A stretch of DNA of 64,000 nucleotides from contig JAXFGC010000004.1 of NCBI GenBank assembly GCA_034171505.1, positions 15,269 to 79,268 on the forward strand. The letters run 5' to 3'. The notes under the pieces are model-generated. The model was not told the origin of the DNA and did not search any database. It saw nothing but the letters and a program-made list of their open reading frames with translations. Positions 1 through 9,236 of this stretch are shown here, in pieces (positions within the stretch are counted from its first letter, which is position 1; every line of letters begins with the position of its first letter). The translations under genes were made by a program, and so were the position numbers. Source of the DNA: Candidatus Enteromonas sp. (GTDB lineage: Bacteria; Bacillota_I; Bacilli_A; RFN20; CAG-826).

Positions 1-453
1 CTCTTTTGGACTCCGGGTGATGACGGATTGCATCGAGCCATAGGGGACGTTGACCGCGGTGTAGGAGATGGACCAGATGCAATAGAGGACCAAGAACATG
101 ATGATCTTCCATACCATCGGGATTTGAGGGACGAAGATGAAGAGGGCGACGGAGGAGAGGAGCAAGGGGATGGAGGCCCACTTGATCCACGTTTTGAATT
201 TGCCGCCTTTCTTCGGATGGGAGGCGTCCACCATCGAACCGATGATGGGGTCGTTGATCGCGTCGAAGATTTTCACGACGAGAATGAGAATGGCGTAGAC
301 CGAGGGATCGATTCCCATACAGGTGACGAAAAAGAGCATCAAGTAGCTGTTGATGAAGGCAAAGCTCATGTTGCACCCAAAATCGCCGAACATGTAACCG
401 ATTCGGTCCGACCACCCAAAAGGCTTTTGGGCTTTGTGTTTCGCTTCCATAAA
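1..453 (-). CDS. MFS/GPH-family cation symporter, N-terminal part (gene runs off window start)
   Basis: Minus-strand translation from the ATG at 451-453 gives MEAKHKAQKPFGWSDRIGYMFGDFGCNMSFAFINSYLMLFFVTCMGIDPS.. Hydrophobic TM helices fit GPH/MFS sugar permeases. The track ORF 28..483 (+) is the low-complexity antisense frame. Confidence 0.6.
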
Positions 454-710
454 AAGAATCCTTTCTTGTTGAGGGTTTTATGAAGGTTGGTAGGGTTATC
501 TTAACCGAAGTTCGGCCCAAGAAGTAGGACTTTTTCAACAAGGTGTTGTTTTATGTTCGTTTCTCCGGCATTTTTGCCGATTTTGTTGTTATTTTTCCGC
601 TGTTTTGGCTTCTTTTATCGTATTTCTTTTTATCAAAGAAAAAAGTGGAACACCATTTTTCAATGTGTGGTATTCTAATGACATCAGCCACCCTAAATAG
701 GAACCTGCTT

Positions 711-1562
711 ATGGATTATTTATTCTACAATGAACTCTCCGACGGCGGCCGTGGAAAAGAGGATGCGGAAGGCATTCTCGAAGGCCTCCGTCAATATTTC
801 CCGAGCCTCCAAATCCAATCCGTCACTTCGGTGAACCCGAAGGAATTCATCGCCTCCGCGAAGAAGGATGACAACATCATCATCGCGGGAGGAGACGGCA
901 CCCTCAACCATTTGGTGAACCTCATTGACACCACCTCGATTCCCTGCCGTCTGTATCTTTATCCCTTTGGAACCGGGAACGACTTTTTAAACGACATCAA
1001 AGAGAAGCAAGACCCCGTCACCAAACTTGTCCCGCTGAACGATTACGTCGTGAACCTTCCCTACGTTGAAGTCAAAGGCAAAACCTACCGTTTCCTCAAC
1101 GGCATCGGCTTTGGAATCGACGGGGAATGCTGCGTGGTCGCCGAAAAGATGAAGGCCGAAGGAAAGACCAACATCTCCTATAGCGGCGTCACCATTAAGT
1201 TATTGTTCACCTCCTTCCGTCCAAGAAAAGCCACCGTCAAGGTCGACGGCAAGGAAGTTGCCTATGGCAAGGTCTACCTCGCCTCGGCGATGAATGGCCG
1301 TTATTACGGGGGAGGCATGAACATCGCCCCCTCCCAAGTCCGCGGATCCAATTCCCTTACGAGCGTGGTCATTAACGGAACCTCCCGCCTTGGCACCTTG
1401 TTTGCTTTCCCGGGCATCACCAAGGGAAACCACGTCGGCAAGAAATACGCCCACGTCGTATCCGGCAAGGAAATCGAAGTCACCTTCGATACCCCGTGCG
1501 GACTTCAAATCGACGGGGAAGTCGTGGAAGGCGTCACCAGTTACCGCGCGTACGTGAAATGA
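711..1562 (+). CDS. Diacylglycerol-kinase-family lipid kinase (YegS/BmrU-like)
   Basis: DAGK_cat hallmark IIIAGGDGTLNHLVN plus GTGNDF. Start chosen at ATG 711 with AGGA about 10 nt upstream; ATG 663 is an alternative. The TGA stop overlaps the next start (ATGA). Confidence 0.8.
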   Translation: MDYLFYNELSDGGRGKEDAEGILEGLRQYFPSLQIQSVTSVNPKEFIASAKKDDNIIIAGGDGTLNHLVNLIDTTSIPCRLYLYPFGTGNDFLNDIKEKQDPVTKLVPLNDYVVNLPYVEVKGKTYRFLNGIGFGIDGECCVVAEKMKAEGKTNISYSGVTIKLLFTSFRPRKATVKVDGKEVAYGKVYLASAMNGRYYGGGMNIAPSQVRGSNSLTSVVINGTSRLGTLFAFPGITKGNHVGKKYAHVVSGKEIEVTFDTPCGLQIDGEVVEGVTSYRAYVK

Positions 1563-2269
1563 AAAAAGAAGCACTCCATCCCCTTGTCTACAAAGGCATT
1601 GCCCATCGAGGGCTCCATGACGCAACGACCATGGAGAATTCTTTGGGCGCTTTTGCCAAGGCCGTCGAAGCGGGGATGGCCATTGAACTCGATATCCATT
1701 TGACCAAGGACAAACGGCTGGTCGTCTGCCACGATTCCTCCCTCCTCCGCGTCACGGGAAGAGAAGGGAGAATTGAGGATTTGACCTTGGAGGAAATCCA
1801 AGGGGGATACCGTTTGCTGGATGGCCAAAAGATCCCGTCCTTCGAGGAAGTCTTACGCCTTGTGGATGAACGCGTCCCCATCGTCGTGGAACTTAAGGCC
1901 ACGAACAAGACCTGTTTTGCGGTCGGAAGGGCCGCGCGTCGCGCTTTGGCGGGCAAAGACCCCAAGAATTTCTGTTTCATCTCCTTTGATCCGCGTGCCA
2001 TTTTGGTCCCCGGGAGATTCCCCCGCGGATTACTTGTTTGCAAAGAACGGCAAGACATGTTCATGTTCCGGAGCCTCTTTGAGTTCCTCGACGTTGAGGA
2101 TTGTTTGGTGGAGGATCCTCGCGTCGTCTCCTTCCGAAAAAGAGGCCTAGTCAATGTGTGGACCATCCGCGAAGAACAGAACCTTCAACGCGTGTTGCCA
2201 TATGTCGACATGGTGACCTTCGAACATTTGTCCCCAAGCCTTGTCAAAGAAACCTTGAAAGATCGTTAA
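1559..2269 (+). CDS. Glycerophosphodiester phosphodiesterase (GDPD family)
   Basis: HRGLHDATTMENSLGAFAKAVEAGMAIELDIHLTKDKRLVVCHDSSL matches the GDPD catalytic region. Start is coupled to the upstream stop. Confidence 0.8.
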   Translation: MKKEALHPLVYKGIAHRGLHDATTMENSLGAFAKAVEAGMAIELDIHLTKDKRLVVCHDSSLLRVTGREGRIEDLTLEEIQGGYRLLDGQKIPSFEEVLRLVDERVPIVVELKATNKTCFAVGRAARRALAGKDPKNFCFISFDPRAILVPGRFPRGLLVCKERQDMFMFRSLFEFLDVEDCLVEDPRVVSFRKRGLVNVWTIREEQNLQRVLPYVDMVTFEHLSPSLVKETLKDR

Positions 2270-2279
2270 CGATTTCCCT

Positions 2280-2996
2280 ATGGATAACGCATCCATCCGT
2301 CGGATTCTATCTTCCTCCCGCCTCACCGCCTTTTTGGGCGGGGCGGGGGTTTCAACGTCCTCGGGGATCCCCGATTTCCGTTCCCCTAGCGGCCTCGCCT
2401 CTTTGCAAAAACAATATGGCGTCCCCTACGAAACGATCCTTTCGCATTCCTATTTCCTCGCCCATCCCGAAAAGTTCTATTCCTTTTATTGGGACAACAT
2501 GGTCTACGAAGGGGCTTCCCCTTGCTTGGCCCATGAAGTTCTTGCGCGTTATGAAAAGGAGCATCCTTTGGTGGTCATCACCCAAAACATCGATGGCCTC
2601 CATGAACGGGCGGGCAGCCAAAGGGTTTTGCCCCTCCACGGCTCGGTTGCCTCCTATTCCTGCATGAGGTGCCACCGTACTTATCGCTTGGGGGATTTTC
2701 CCAAGAAAGACGTCCCTCATTGTACTTGCGGGGGCATCATCCGTCCCGAGGTGACCTTGTACGAGGAAGGGCTCAATACCGATATCCTATATGAAGCGGT
2801 GGACGTCGTTTCCAAGGCGGATGTCCTAATCGTGGGAGGAACCTCCTTACGGGTATCCCCCGCGAATATGTTGCCCCGTTATTTCCAAGGCAAATTATCG
2901 ATTCTCATCAACAACGAACCGACCCCGATGGACGAGTTTTTCGACGTCGTGATTCGAAAAGATGTGGGTACCGTTTTGCTTGAGTTGCTAGGATAA
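2280..2996 (+). CDS. cobB: NAD-dependent protein deacylase, Sir2 family
   Basis: Sirtuin Rossmann motif GAGVSTSSGIPDFRS, QNIDGLH, and a Zn-ribbon C-x-x-C ... C-x-C-G. Confidence 0.85.
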   Translation: MDNASIRRILSSSRLTAFLGGAGVSTSSGIPDFRSPSGLASLQKQYGVPYETILSHSYFLAHPEKFYSFYWDNMVYEGASPCLAHEVLARYEKEHPLVVITQNIDGLHERAGSQRVLPLHGSVASYSCMRCHRTYRLGDFPKKDVPHCTCGGIIRPEVTLYEEGLNTDILYEAVDVVSKADVLIVGGTSLRVSPANMLPRYFQGKLSILINNEPTPMDEFFDVVIRKDVGTVLLELLG

Positions 2997-3003
2997 TGGA
3001 TAT

Positions 3004-3612
3004 ATGTCTCGCTTCTTTTCCCACTTACGCCTCGTATTGCGTCATCGTCATCGTGTCATCGCCAACGCCTCCCATTGCGGGATTTTTTGGCATTCGCTCC
3101 GCCATGACTTGAGCAAGTTCTCCCCGACCGAGCTTTTTCCAAGCGCCCATTTTTATGCTGGGGACCATAGTCCCGTCTACGAGCAAAGATTGCGAAACGG
3201 ATATTTCTCCACGGTCTGCCAACACCACACCAAACGAAATAAGCATCATTGGGAATATTGGACGGACTTTTTCGCGGGACGGATCATCGTCAAATCCATG
3301 CCTTGGAAATACGCGATGGAATACGTCTGCGATATGCTTTCCGCCTCTTATTGCTACCACCCCGAAAACTTCAAAAGAGAGACCCCGTTGGCTTATTTTC
3401 GGCATTATCGTCCTGCGTATCACATGACCGAACGCACCGCGACCTTCATTGAGTGGTGCTTAGAACGCTACGCGGAGATGGGCTTCGCGGGATTGAAGAA
3501 AAAGGACACGAAGAGGAAGTATGGGGAAATCGCCCTTTTGACCCCGGAAGTGGAGGTGGAAGAAGAGCTCCATCCCTTTGCCTCCTTGCCCGAAGTAAAA
3601 CCCGATATATAA
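3004..3612 (+). CDS. Hypothetical His/Trp/Cys-rich cytoplasmic protein
   Basis: Clean 202-aa ORF tightly packed between cobB and trkA, with coding-like codon usage. No family recognised. Confidence 0.45.
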   Translation: MSRFFSHLRLVLRHRHRVIANASHCGIFWHSLRHDLSKFSPTELFPSAHFYAGDHSPVYEQRLRNGYFSTVCQHHTKRNKHHWEYWTDFFAGRIIVKSMPWKYAMEYVCDMLSASYCYHPENFKRETPLAYFRHYRPAYHMTERTATFIEWCLERYAEMGFAGLKKKDTKRKYGEIALLTPEVEVEEELHPFASLPEVKPDI

Positions 3613-3626
3613 TATCGGCCATAAAG

Positions 3627-4043
3627 ATGAGAAACAAAACCATTATCCTAGGGTGTGGAAGGCTTGGCGCTTCCATCGCCAACGAGAACTCCCTCAAGGG
3701 GGAGGACGTCATCGTCATGGACGCGGACAAAAGCGCGTTAACCCGTCTCAATGACTCTTTTTCGGGCATTCAACTGGTCGGGGATGCCACATCCCCCGAA
3801 GACCTCGAGGAGGCTGGGATCGAAGACGCCTCCGAAGTCGTCATCTGCACGGGGGACGACAACATCAACCTTTTCTTGACTTACCTCTGCGCCAAGAAAT
3901 ACTCGGTTCCCCATATCTTCGTCCGTTTCGGCGATCCCGACAAAGGATTGCTCGTCCAAGGGATGCCCGTCCGCCCGATTTACCCTTTCTCGTTGTCCCG
4001 TTCCCGATATAACGCCTACAAAACCGGAGGAAAGGAAGAATGA
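3627..4043 (+). CDS. TrkA-N (NAD-binding) domain protein, K+ uptake regulatory subunit fragment
   Basis: MRNKTIILGCGRLGASIANE.. Rossmann GxGxxG motif. Its stop overlaps the next start (ATGA), and GGAGGAAAGGAAGA lies upstream of the next gene. Confidence 0.7.
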   Translation: MRNKTIILGCGRLGASIANENSLKGEDVIVMDADKSALTRLNDSFSGIQLVGDATSPEDLEEAGIEDASEVVICTGDDNINLFLTYLCAKKYSVPHIFVRFGDPDKGLLVQGMPVRPIYPFSLSRSRYNAYKTGGKEE

Positions 4044-4765
4044 AAATCGTCGTTGCCGGCGGGGATTCTTCCGCCGAATTCATCGTTTCGATGTTTTCCG
4101 GCAAAGGAAACGAACTGGTCGTGGTCAATGGCGACCGCCAAATCGCCGAACTTTTGTTAAAGCGTTGCCGCGTCCCCGTAACCCATGGCGACCCCTCCCG
4201 GAAATACATCCTCGAGGAAGCGGGGGCGTATGATGCGGACGTCTTCATCTCCCTCTGCGCGAAAGACACGGACAACTTCGCCGTCTGCCTTTTGGCCAAG
4301 AAGGTCTTCAACGCCAAAAAGGTCATCTGTGTGGTCAATAACCCCAAAAACGTCGACCTGTATAAGGAACTTGGCATCGATTCGGTGCTTTCCTCCACCT
4401 ACTTGCTCGCGGAGTCCATCCAAAGCGAATCCTCCGTCGAGTCCTTGGTCAAAACCCTTTCCATCGATAACAACAAAATCGCCGTCACGGAGTTTACGGT
4501 CTTAAGCAAACACCGCGTCGCCCACAAAAAGATTCGCGACATCAAATTCCCGACCGCGATCGCATCCATCGCCGCCATCAAACGGAACTTCGAGGTCATC
4601 ATCCCCAACGGTGAAGTCGAACTCCTCCCGATGGACGTCCTCCTTTTCGTCTGCTCTCCCAAGAACGCTTCGAAAGTCACCTCTTTCTTGAAGAAAGAAG
4701 TGGATCCTTCCAGCTTGGGAGCCCTCGCGAAAGGAAAACGCCCCAGCAAGAAAAAGGAAGATTAA
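4040..4765 (+). CDS. ktrA: Trk/Ktr K+ uptake peripheral subunit (TrkA-N plus TrkA-C)
   Basis: MKIVVAGGDSSAEFIV.. Rossmann region followed by a TrkA-C-like C-terminal part. Confidence 0.75.
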   Translation: MKIVVAGGDSSAEFIVSMFSGKGNELVVVNGDRQIAELLLKRCRVPVTHGDPSRKYILEEAGAYDADVFISLCAKDTDNFAVCLLAKKVFNAKKVICVVNNPKNVDLYKELGIDSVLSSTYLLAESIQSESSVESLVKTLSIDNNKIAVTEFTVLSKHRVAHKKIRDIKFPTAIASIAAIKRNFEVIIPNGEVELLPMDVLLFVCSPKNASKVTSFLKKEVDPSSLGALAKGKRPSKKKED

Positions 4766-4768
4766 CCC

Positions 4769-6484
4769 ATGAAAAAAGAAGTGTCCGGGGTCAGAATGGT
4801 TTTGGGATACTTCGGTATTTTCCTCGTGCTCGTGGGCATCATCACGGCCGTGCCGATGGTCATGATGGTGTATCCCGGGGAGAGCAAATGCTATATTGAC
4901 TTCCTCATTCCCGTGACCATCGACATCGTCCTGGGACTCATTCTTTATTTTGTTTTCCTTTGTGGGCGAAAGCGCGCGAAGTTCTTGCGCCACCAAGATT
5001 CCGTCTTGCTCGTGGCCGTATGGCTCGCCGCGATCGTCTCGGGTGCCGCCCCGATGTTCATCGCGGGCATTCGAGGGGAAATGGAGATGACCTTCAGCGA
5101 GGCCATCTTCGAAACCACCTCCGCGTATTCGACGACCGGATTAAACGTCTTCAAGGATTTCTTGGATTCCCCGGACGCCTTTTGTCCCCATGTATTCACC
5201 TTTTTACGGTCCTGGATGCAGTTCATTGGGGGCGTCGGATTCGTCCTTATCCTTGCCTCCATCTTAGGGGGGAACACCTCCATGAGCCTCTACCAAGGGG
5301 AGGGGCACAACGACCGAATCCTCGCTTCATTACGGAAAACGGCCCAAGTGATTCTGGGTATTTATAGTGCGTATATGGTGGTGGGCGCGTTGGCCCTCTT
5401 CTTAAGCGGGTTGCCCTTATTTGACGCATTTAACATCTCCATGTGTGCCCTTTCGGGCGGGGGACTCTCCCTCCGTTCCTCGAATATCGCTTTCTACGAA
5501 GCTTATGAAGGGGAGATTCTCAATTACCACTTTGAAAACGGCGTGAAGGTCATGGAAGTCGGGAACGGGGCTTTCTTCCCCGTCAACTTCGTGGCGATTG
5601 AGATCATCATGATGGTCCTCGTCACCTTAAGCGCGGTCAGTTTTGTCCTCCATACCTTCGTCTTGACCGGGAAATGGAAGAAGTTCTTGCTGGATGAAGA
5701 AACCCGATTCGGGATAATCTCTTTCTTCCTCCTTTTCGCCTTCTCTTATGGTGGATACTTAACGGTTGCCTTATCCGCGACGAGCGTAGATACCGAGGAC
5801 CTTGGGAAAGCCGCGATGGATTGCGCTTTCTACATCGTCGGAAGCGCCACGACGAGCGGATTCTCCAACACGGATTTGCCTCGTTTCCTCTCCTTGGGGG
5901 AACCCCTCTTCTTCGCCTCGATCCTCGCGATGTTCATGGGTGGTGGAGTTGGCTCCACGGGCGGTGGTATGAAGCAATACCGCGTCGTTACCTGCCTGAA
6001 ATCCCTCTATTATTCCCTCCGTTACCGCTTCTTAAGCGCCCACTCGTTCCGTCCGAAGACCATCTACCGTTATGGCAAGATGCAGGAACTCGACGACGAC
6101 ACGGTTTCGGAAGCTTATCATTACGGCCTTCTCTTCCTCGCCATGGTGGTCATCTCCGTCTTGATTGGGTGCATCGCCCCCAATGGCGACGAACCCTATA
6201 CCCAGATGGATTTGCCTTCCGTTCTCTATAACGTCGTGAGCGCATCCTCCAACACGGGATATGGCGTCAGCGATTTCCTCGCTTACCGACGGATCTTCGG
6301 CGCCTCCTCTTGGGGATATAACCTGACCTTGTGGGTCTTGACCATCGACATGTTCCTCGGACGTTTGGAGATCATCCCCTTGTTCTACGCCTTAAGCAAC
6401 ATACCCAAAGAAATCAAATACCGTGCGAGCCTCCGCAAAGCCGAGCGCAGCGGAATCCTCGCCGAGAAAGGAGCGGAATCATGA
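4769..6484 (+). CDS. trkH: Trk/Ktr-family K+ transporter membrane subunit
   Basis: 571 aa, polytopic, with repeated M1-P-M2 selectivity-filter-like segments (..STTGLN.., ..TSGFS.., ..NTGYG..). Confidence 0.85.
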   Translation: MKKEVSGVRMVLGYFGIFLVLVGIITAVPMVMMVYPGESKCYIDFLIPVTIDIVLGLILYFVFLCGRKRAKFLRHQDSVLLVAVWLAAIVSGAAPMFIAGIRGEMEMTFSEAIFETTSAYSTTGLNVFKDFLDSPDAFCPHVFTFLRSWMQFIGGVGFVLILASILGGNTSMSLYQGEGHNDRILASLRKTAQVILGIYSAYMVVGALALFLSGLPLFDAFNISMCALSGGGLSLRSSNIAFYEAYEGEILNYHFENGVKVMEVGNGAFFPVNFVAIEIIMMVLVTLSAVSFVLHTFVLTGKWKKFLLDEETRFGIISFFLLFAFSYGGYLTVALSATSVDTEDLGKAAMDCAFYIVGSATTSGFSNTDLPRFLSLGEPLFFASILAMFMGGGVGSTGGGMKQYRVVTCLKSLYYSLRYRFLSAHSFRPKTIYRYGKMQELDDDTVSEAYHYGLLFLAMVVISVLIGCIAPNGDEPYTQMDLPSVLYNVVSASSNTGYGVSDFLAYRRIFGASSWGYNLTLWVLTIDMFLGRLEIIPLFYALSNIPKEIKYRASLRKAERSGILAEKGAES

Positions 6485-6897
6485 TCATCGATTCCATTAA
6501 GAAAGCCAAAATCGAGGCGATGAAACGCCACGACGAGGTGTTAAAAGGAGCCTATTCCATCCTCATCGCCCGTTACCAGGAGGCGTTAACCTCGGGTTCT
6601 GGGAAACCCGTTGGAGACCCCGAAGTCATCCGAATCATCCAAAAGTTCGCCAAAGAACTCGAGGAAGAGGAAAAGGGGTATTTGACCGCGGGAAGAGAAA
6701 CCGAGGCCAAGGAAATCGCCCTTCAAAAGGAAGCCGTCTCCGCCTTCTTGCCGAAAATGCTCTCCGAAGAAGAGATCCGCGCGATCGTCACGACCCTTCC
6801 CGACACCTCTTTGCCCGCGATCATGAAGCACTTCAAGGCCAATTACGACGGTAAGGTCGATATGGGCCTCGTGAACAAAGTCGCCCGCAGTCTTTAA
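6481..6897 (+). CDS. GatB/YqeY-domain protein
   Basis: MIIDSIKKAKIEAMKRHDEVLKGAYSILIARYQ.. is typical of the YqeY family. Start overlaps the trkH stop. Confidence 0.75.
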   Translation: MIIDSIKKAKIEAMKRHDEVLKGAYSILIARYQEALTSGSGKPVGDPEVIRIIQKFAKELEEEEKGYLTAGRETEAKEIALQKEAVSAFLPKMLSEEEIRAIVTTLPDTSLPAIMKHFKANYDGKVDMGLVNKVARSL

Positions 6898-6902
6898 TCT
6901 TT

Positions 6903-6932
6903 TCTCTCCCCGGGTCAACCCCCGGGGAGAGA
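6903..6932 (+). terminator. GC-rich 12-bp-stem hairpin downstream of the GatB/YqeY gene (weak U-tract)
   Basis: tctctccccggg-tcaacc-cccggggagaga forms a perfect stem, followed by aattccc. Confidence 0.35.
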
Positions 6933-6941
6933 AATTCCCAG

Positions 6942-6970
6942 TTGTGAAAGGGGAATTTCCCCACTATAAT
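6942..6970 (+). promoter_or_regulatory. Sigma-70-type promoter for tRNA-Trp
   Basis: TTGTGA at 6942-6947, a 17-nt spacer, then TATAAT at 6965-6970, about 38 nt before the mature tRNA 5' end. Confidence 0.5.
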
Positions 6971-7008
6971 TCACTTTGCTGTCCTTCACCTGGACGGCGA
7001 ACATCCCT

Positions 7009-7082
7009 AGGGGCATGGTTCAATGGTAGAACAGCGGTCTCCAAAACCGTTAATGAGGGTTCGATTCCTTCTGCCCCTGCCA
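7009..7082 (+). tRNA. trnW: tRNA-Trp (anticodon CCA)
   Basis: Cloverleaf folds by hand: acceptor AGGGGCA/TGCCCCT, D-stem GTTC/GAAC, anticodon stem GCGGT/ACCGT with loop CTCCAAA, T-arm GAGGG-TTCGATT-CCTTC, discriminator G and an encoded CCA. Confidence 0.9.
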
Positions 7083-7095
7083 TCGATAAACTATT

Positions 7096-7132
7096 GCATT
7101 TTGCACCACCAAACCGGGCAAAATGCTTTTTT
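7096..7132 (+). terminator. Rho-independent terminator after tRNA-Trp
   Basis: gcattttgc ... gcaaaatgc is a 9-bp stem, followed by TTTTTT. Confidence 0.6.
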
Positions 7133-7408
7133 ACAACCATATTTTGACCGCCTTTATCAATTCTAAGCGGGTCTAGGGGAGCGGACTGCCGCTAACGGGA
7201 AACGGAAAGTGGAAACAGATTATGTGATTGATCTATCTTTCATACGTGAAAGGCTTTGAAGACAGCGAGAAAAGATACATCATAGCAATAGAAAAAGGCA
7301 TTTTCCCGATGGGAACGATGGAGTCGTCGATAACAAGCTTTTGGATAGAAGGTTTGAGATTGCGTGAAATAGCTCCCTGAATCAATTGGTAGAGATTTCA
7401 ACAAAAAA

Positions 7409-7624
7409 GTGGGACGTGCAATAATCGTGGCAAGAAAAGGGGCGTTCGAGATAAGACAAGAGGTTGCTGAAATCATAGGAATCTGTCAAGAAACGCTCAA
7501 GGTATACGAGCAAGGAACAAGAACTCTACCATTTGATGTTTTCTATAAATCGGTTCAGTTCTTAGGATGGTTGTGGTTATTTCGCTTCGGTGTTAAAAGT
7601 AGCAATAACGTAATTGTTATGTAA
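7409..7624 (+). CDS. Small XRE-family (Cro/CI-like) HTH regulator
   Basis: ..RQEVAEIIGICQETLKVYEQGTRTLPFDVFYKSVQFLG fits the HTH_XRE pattern. Sits in an AT-rich accessory region. Confidence 0.4.
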   Translation: MGRAIIVARKGAFEIRQEVAEIIGICQETLKVYEQGTRTLPFDVFYKSVQFLGWLWLFRFGVKSSNNVIVM

Positions 7625-8299
7625 TAATATAGTTGTCAAAAGGGAAACCTCTTGATAGATATGGTCTGAGGGTAAGACCTAATAAAGAAATCCCAAACGA
7701 AGTTGCTTGGTTATTCCAAGCCTTTTTTATATATGGCAAAACTTGTTGAACTGAGAAAATTATCGGCTCTGTAACTTCTAGCGTGGTTTCATGTGGTTTC
7801 TGAAAATAAATCGCCGAAAACTGTAAACTCGATGTGGGGGTTCCCGAAGGCGGTTCAGGAGTGTGACCTTTATCCGTTGATTGGACCCTATTTTGTCCCA
7901 ATGCAGTTAACGGTCGATCGGAGCGGCCCCTCGGTCCGGCCGAAAACACCGTCGCCAATTTCAAGGAAAGCAAAAATGCGTTAGAATCCATGTAGGTCTC
8001 CTTTCGTTAGTTATGTGACCAACAAAATCATAACAAAGGAGGCCGTTTTTATTGGCAAAAACAGGCCAAAACTGCAACCGACAATGGGGGATGCGAAAAA
8101 TTCATACCACATTAGAAGCAACAGAGGTTTTCATTTCTTGTTCACATTCGGGGTATGTTCGGGACATTTTCATCAACGAATGTCTTGAATTGATTCGACG
8201 GCGGCAGGAGAGAAGGATGACTTACCGGACGAACTATTTCGTTTCACCGCGGTAAAGTGATCTAAATTTTTGACGCCGGATAAGATGCGTAATTATTGA

Positions 8300-8539
8300 T
8301 ATGATAAGATAAATGATAAAATAAATGATAAGATAAATGATAAGATAAATGCCATTGATGAAAAGATCATTTTCGAGATAAGAAAGAACAAATACGTAAC
8401 GATTTCTGAGCTAGCGACAACGCTTGGCAAATCGGAACAAACCATCTATCGACACATTAAATCTTTGGTGGCGAAGGGACTTGTTCGAAGAATGGAATCA
8501 AGAAAATCAGGCTATTGGGAAATCCTAGGGAATGATTGA
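8300..8539 (+). pseudogene. Winged-helix DNA-binding protein ORF lacking any in-frame ATG/GTG/TTG start
   Basis: The frame reads YDKINDKINDKINDKINAIDEKIIFEIRKNKYVTISELATTLGKSEQTIYRHIKSLVAKGLVRRMESRKSGYWEILGND*. The wHTH core is intact. The frame opens directly after a TGA at 8297 with no canonical start codon. Confidence 0.4.
8301..8348. repeat. 12-bp tandem repeat atgataagataa, four copies (one variant atgataaaataa)
   Basis: Direct reading at 8301-8348. In frame 0 each unit is a 3-codon mini-ORF (MIR*/MIK*). In the wHTH frame it encodes (DKIN)n. Confidence 0.85.
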
Positions 8540-8879
8540 TTCTATTTCCGTTCCATCTTTCCCGCGGACGAACCTTTGAATTCTCAATGAAATACAAGGA
8601 CGATAGAGGTATTCGGCATCTCACGTCATTTGATGGGCTATGTCGGTAAAAATCCTTCTACACGAATAATGAACGAAGCATGTCTTTATGCCTCTATAAA
8701 TAAAGGGAAGATGATTCGGTTCTATTGAGATGTTTTGGGGTTTGAAACCAAAAGAAGACGAATCCACGAATAACGTCCATTTGGTGAAAGACCATACTTT
8801 GTTTTTGCTTTATGGCCGTAAGGACTTCGAGAATCTTACGAGCAAAAGATAAGAATACCTTTTCGGAGTCAACGCCCAT

Positions 8880-9043
8880 TCGGAGATGGCCCTTTACGTG
8901 GATGCTTAGAGGTGAATAAAGAGTTCAAAAACGCCGCCGAAAAAGGGGTTACTCCGCTTCTAGAACCCACCACCGAGCCCTGGGGGCAACGGACCTGCCT
9001 TATCGCCGATCCCGAGGGCAATATCATTGAAATCGGCTCCTGA
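8880..9043 (+). pseudogene. C-terminal remnant of a glyoxalase/VOC-family protein
   Basis: ..LEVNKEFKNAAEKGVTPLLEPTTEPWGQRTCLIADPEGNIIEIGS* matches the VOC C-terminal beta-alpha-beta module. Upstream, ALYVDA* sits in another frame, so the gene is frameshifted or truncated. No M-start ORF of 60 aa or more exists here. Confidence 0.4.
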
Positions 9044-9236
9044 AATAAGCCTTACGAAGAAAAGGATTTGGAATCCTAATTATCTATATTCCTATATACG
9101 CGCGCATAAACGATATAGAGATAAGATCCTTTGACTCTTTCGCGTCCATTTTCCCAAAAGGAAATGGAAATATGAGAAATTGTTGATGGGAACCTCGATT
9201 TCGTTGTATCGTGGGCGTAACAAAGGAGGGATTTTT

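Noticed and set aside
28-483. Plus-strand 151-aa ORF rich in D/E/G/R
   Set aside because: Low-complexity antisense frame of a clear MFS transporter on the minus strand.
6950-6962. Near-palindrome GGGGAATTTCCCC inside the tRNA-Trp promoter spacer
   Set aside because: Off-centre by one base and probably coincidental. The promoter hexamers are the primary feature.
7617-7991. 124-aa minus-strand ORF and a GC-rich patch (7800-7980) considered as gene or ncRNA
   Set aside because: No motifs, unusual composition, and no convincing start. No match to tmRNA, RNase P, SRP or 6S signatures by eye.
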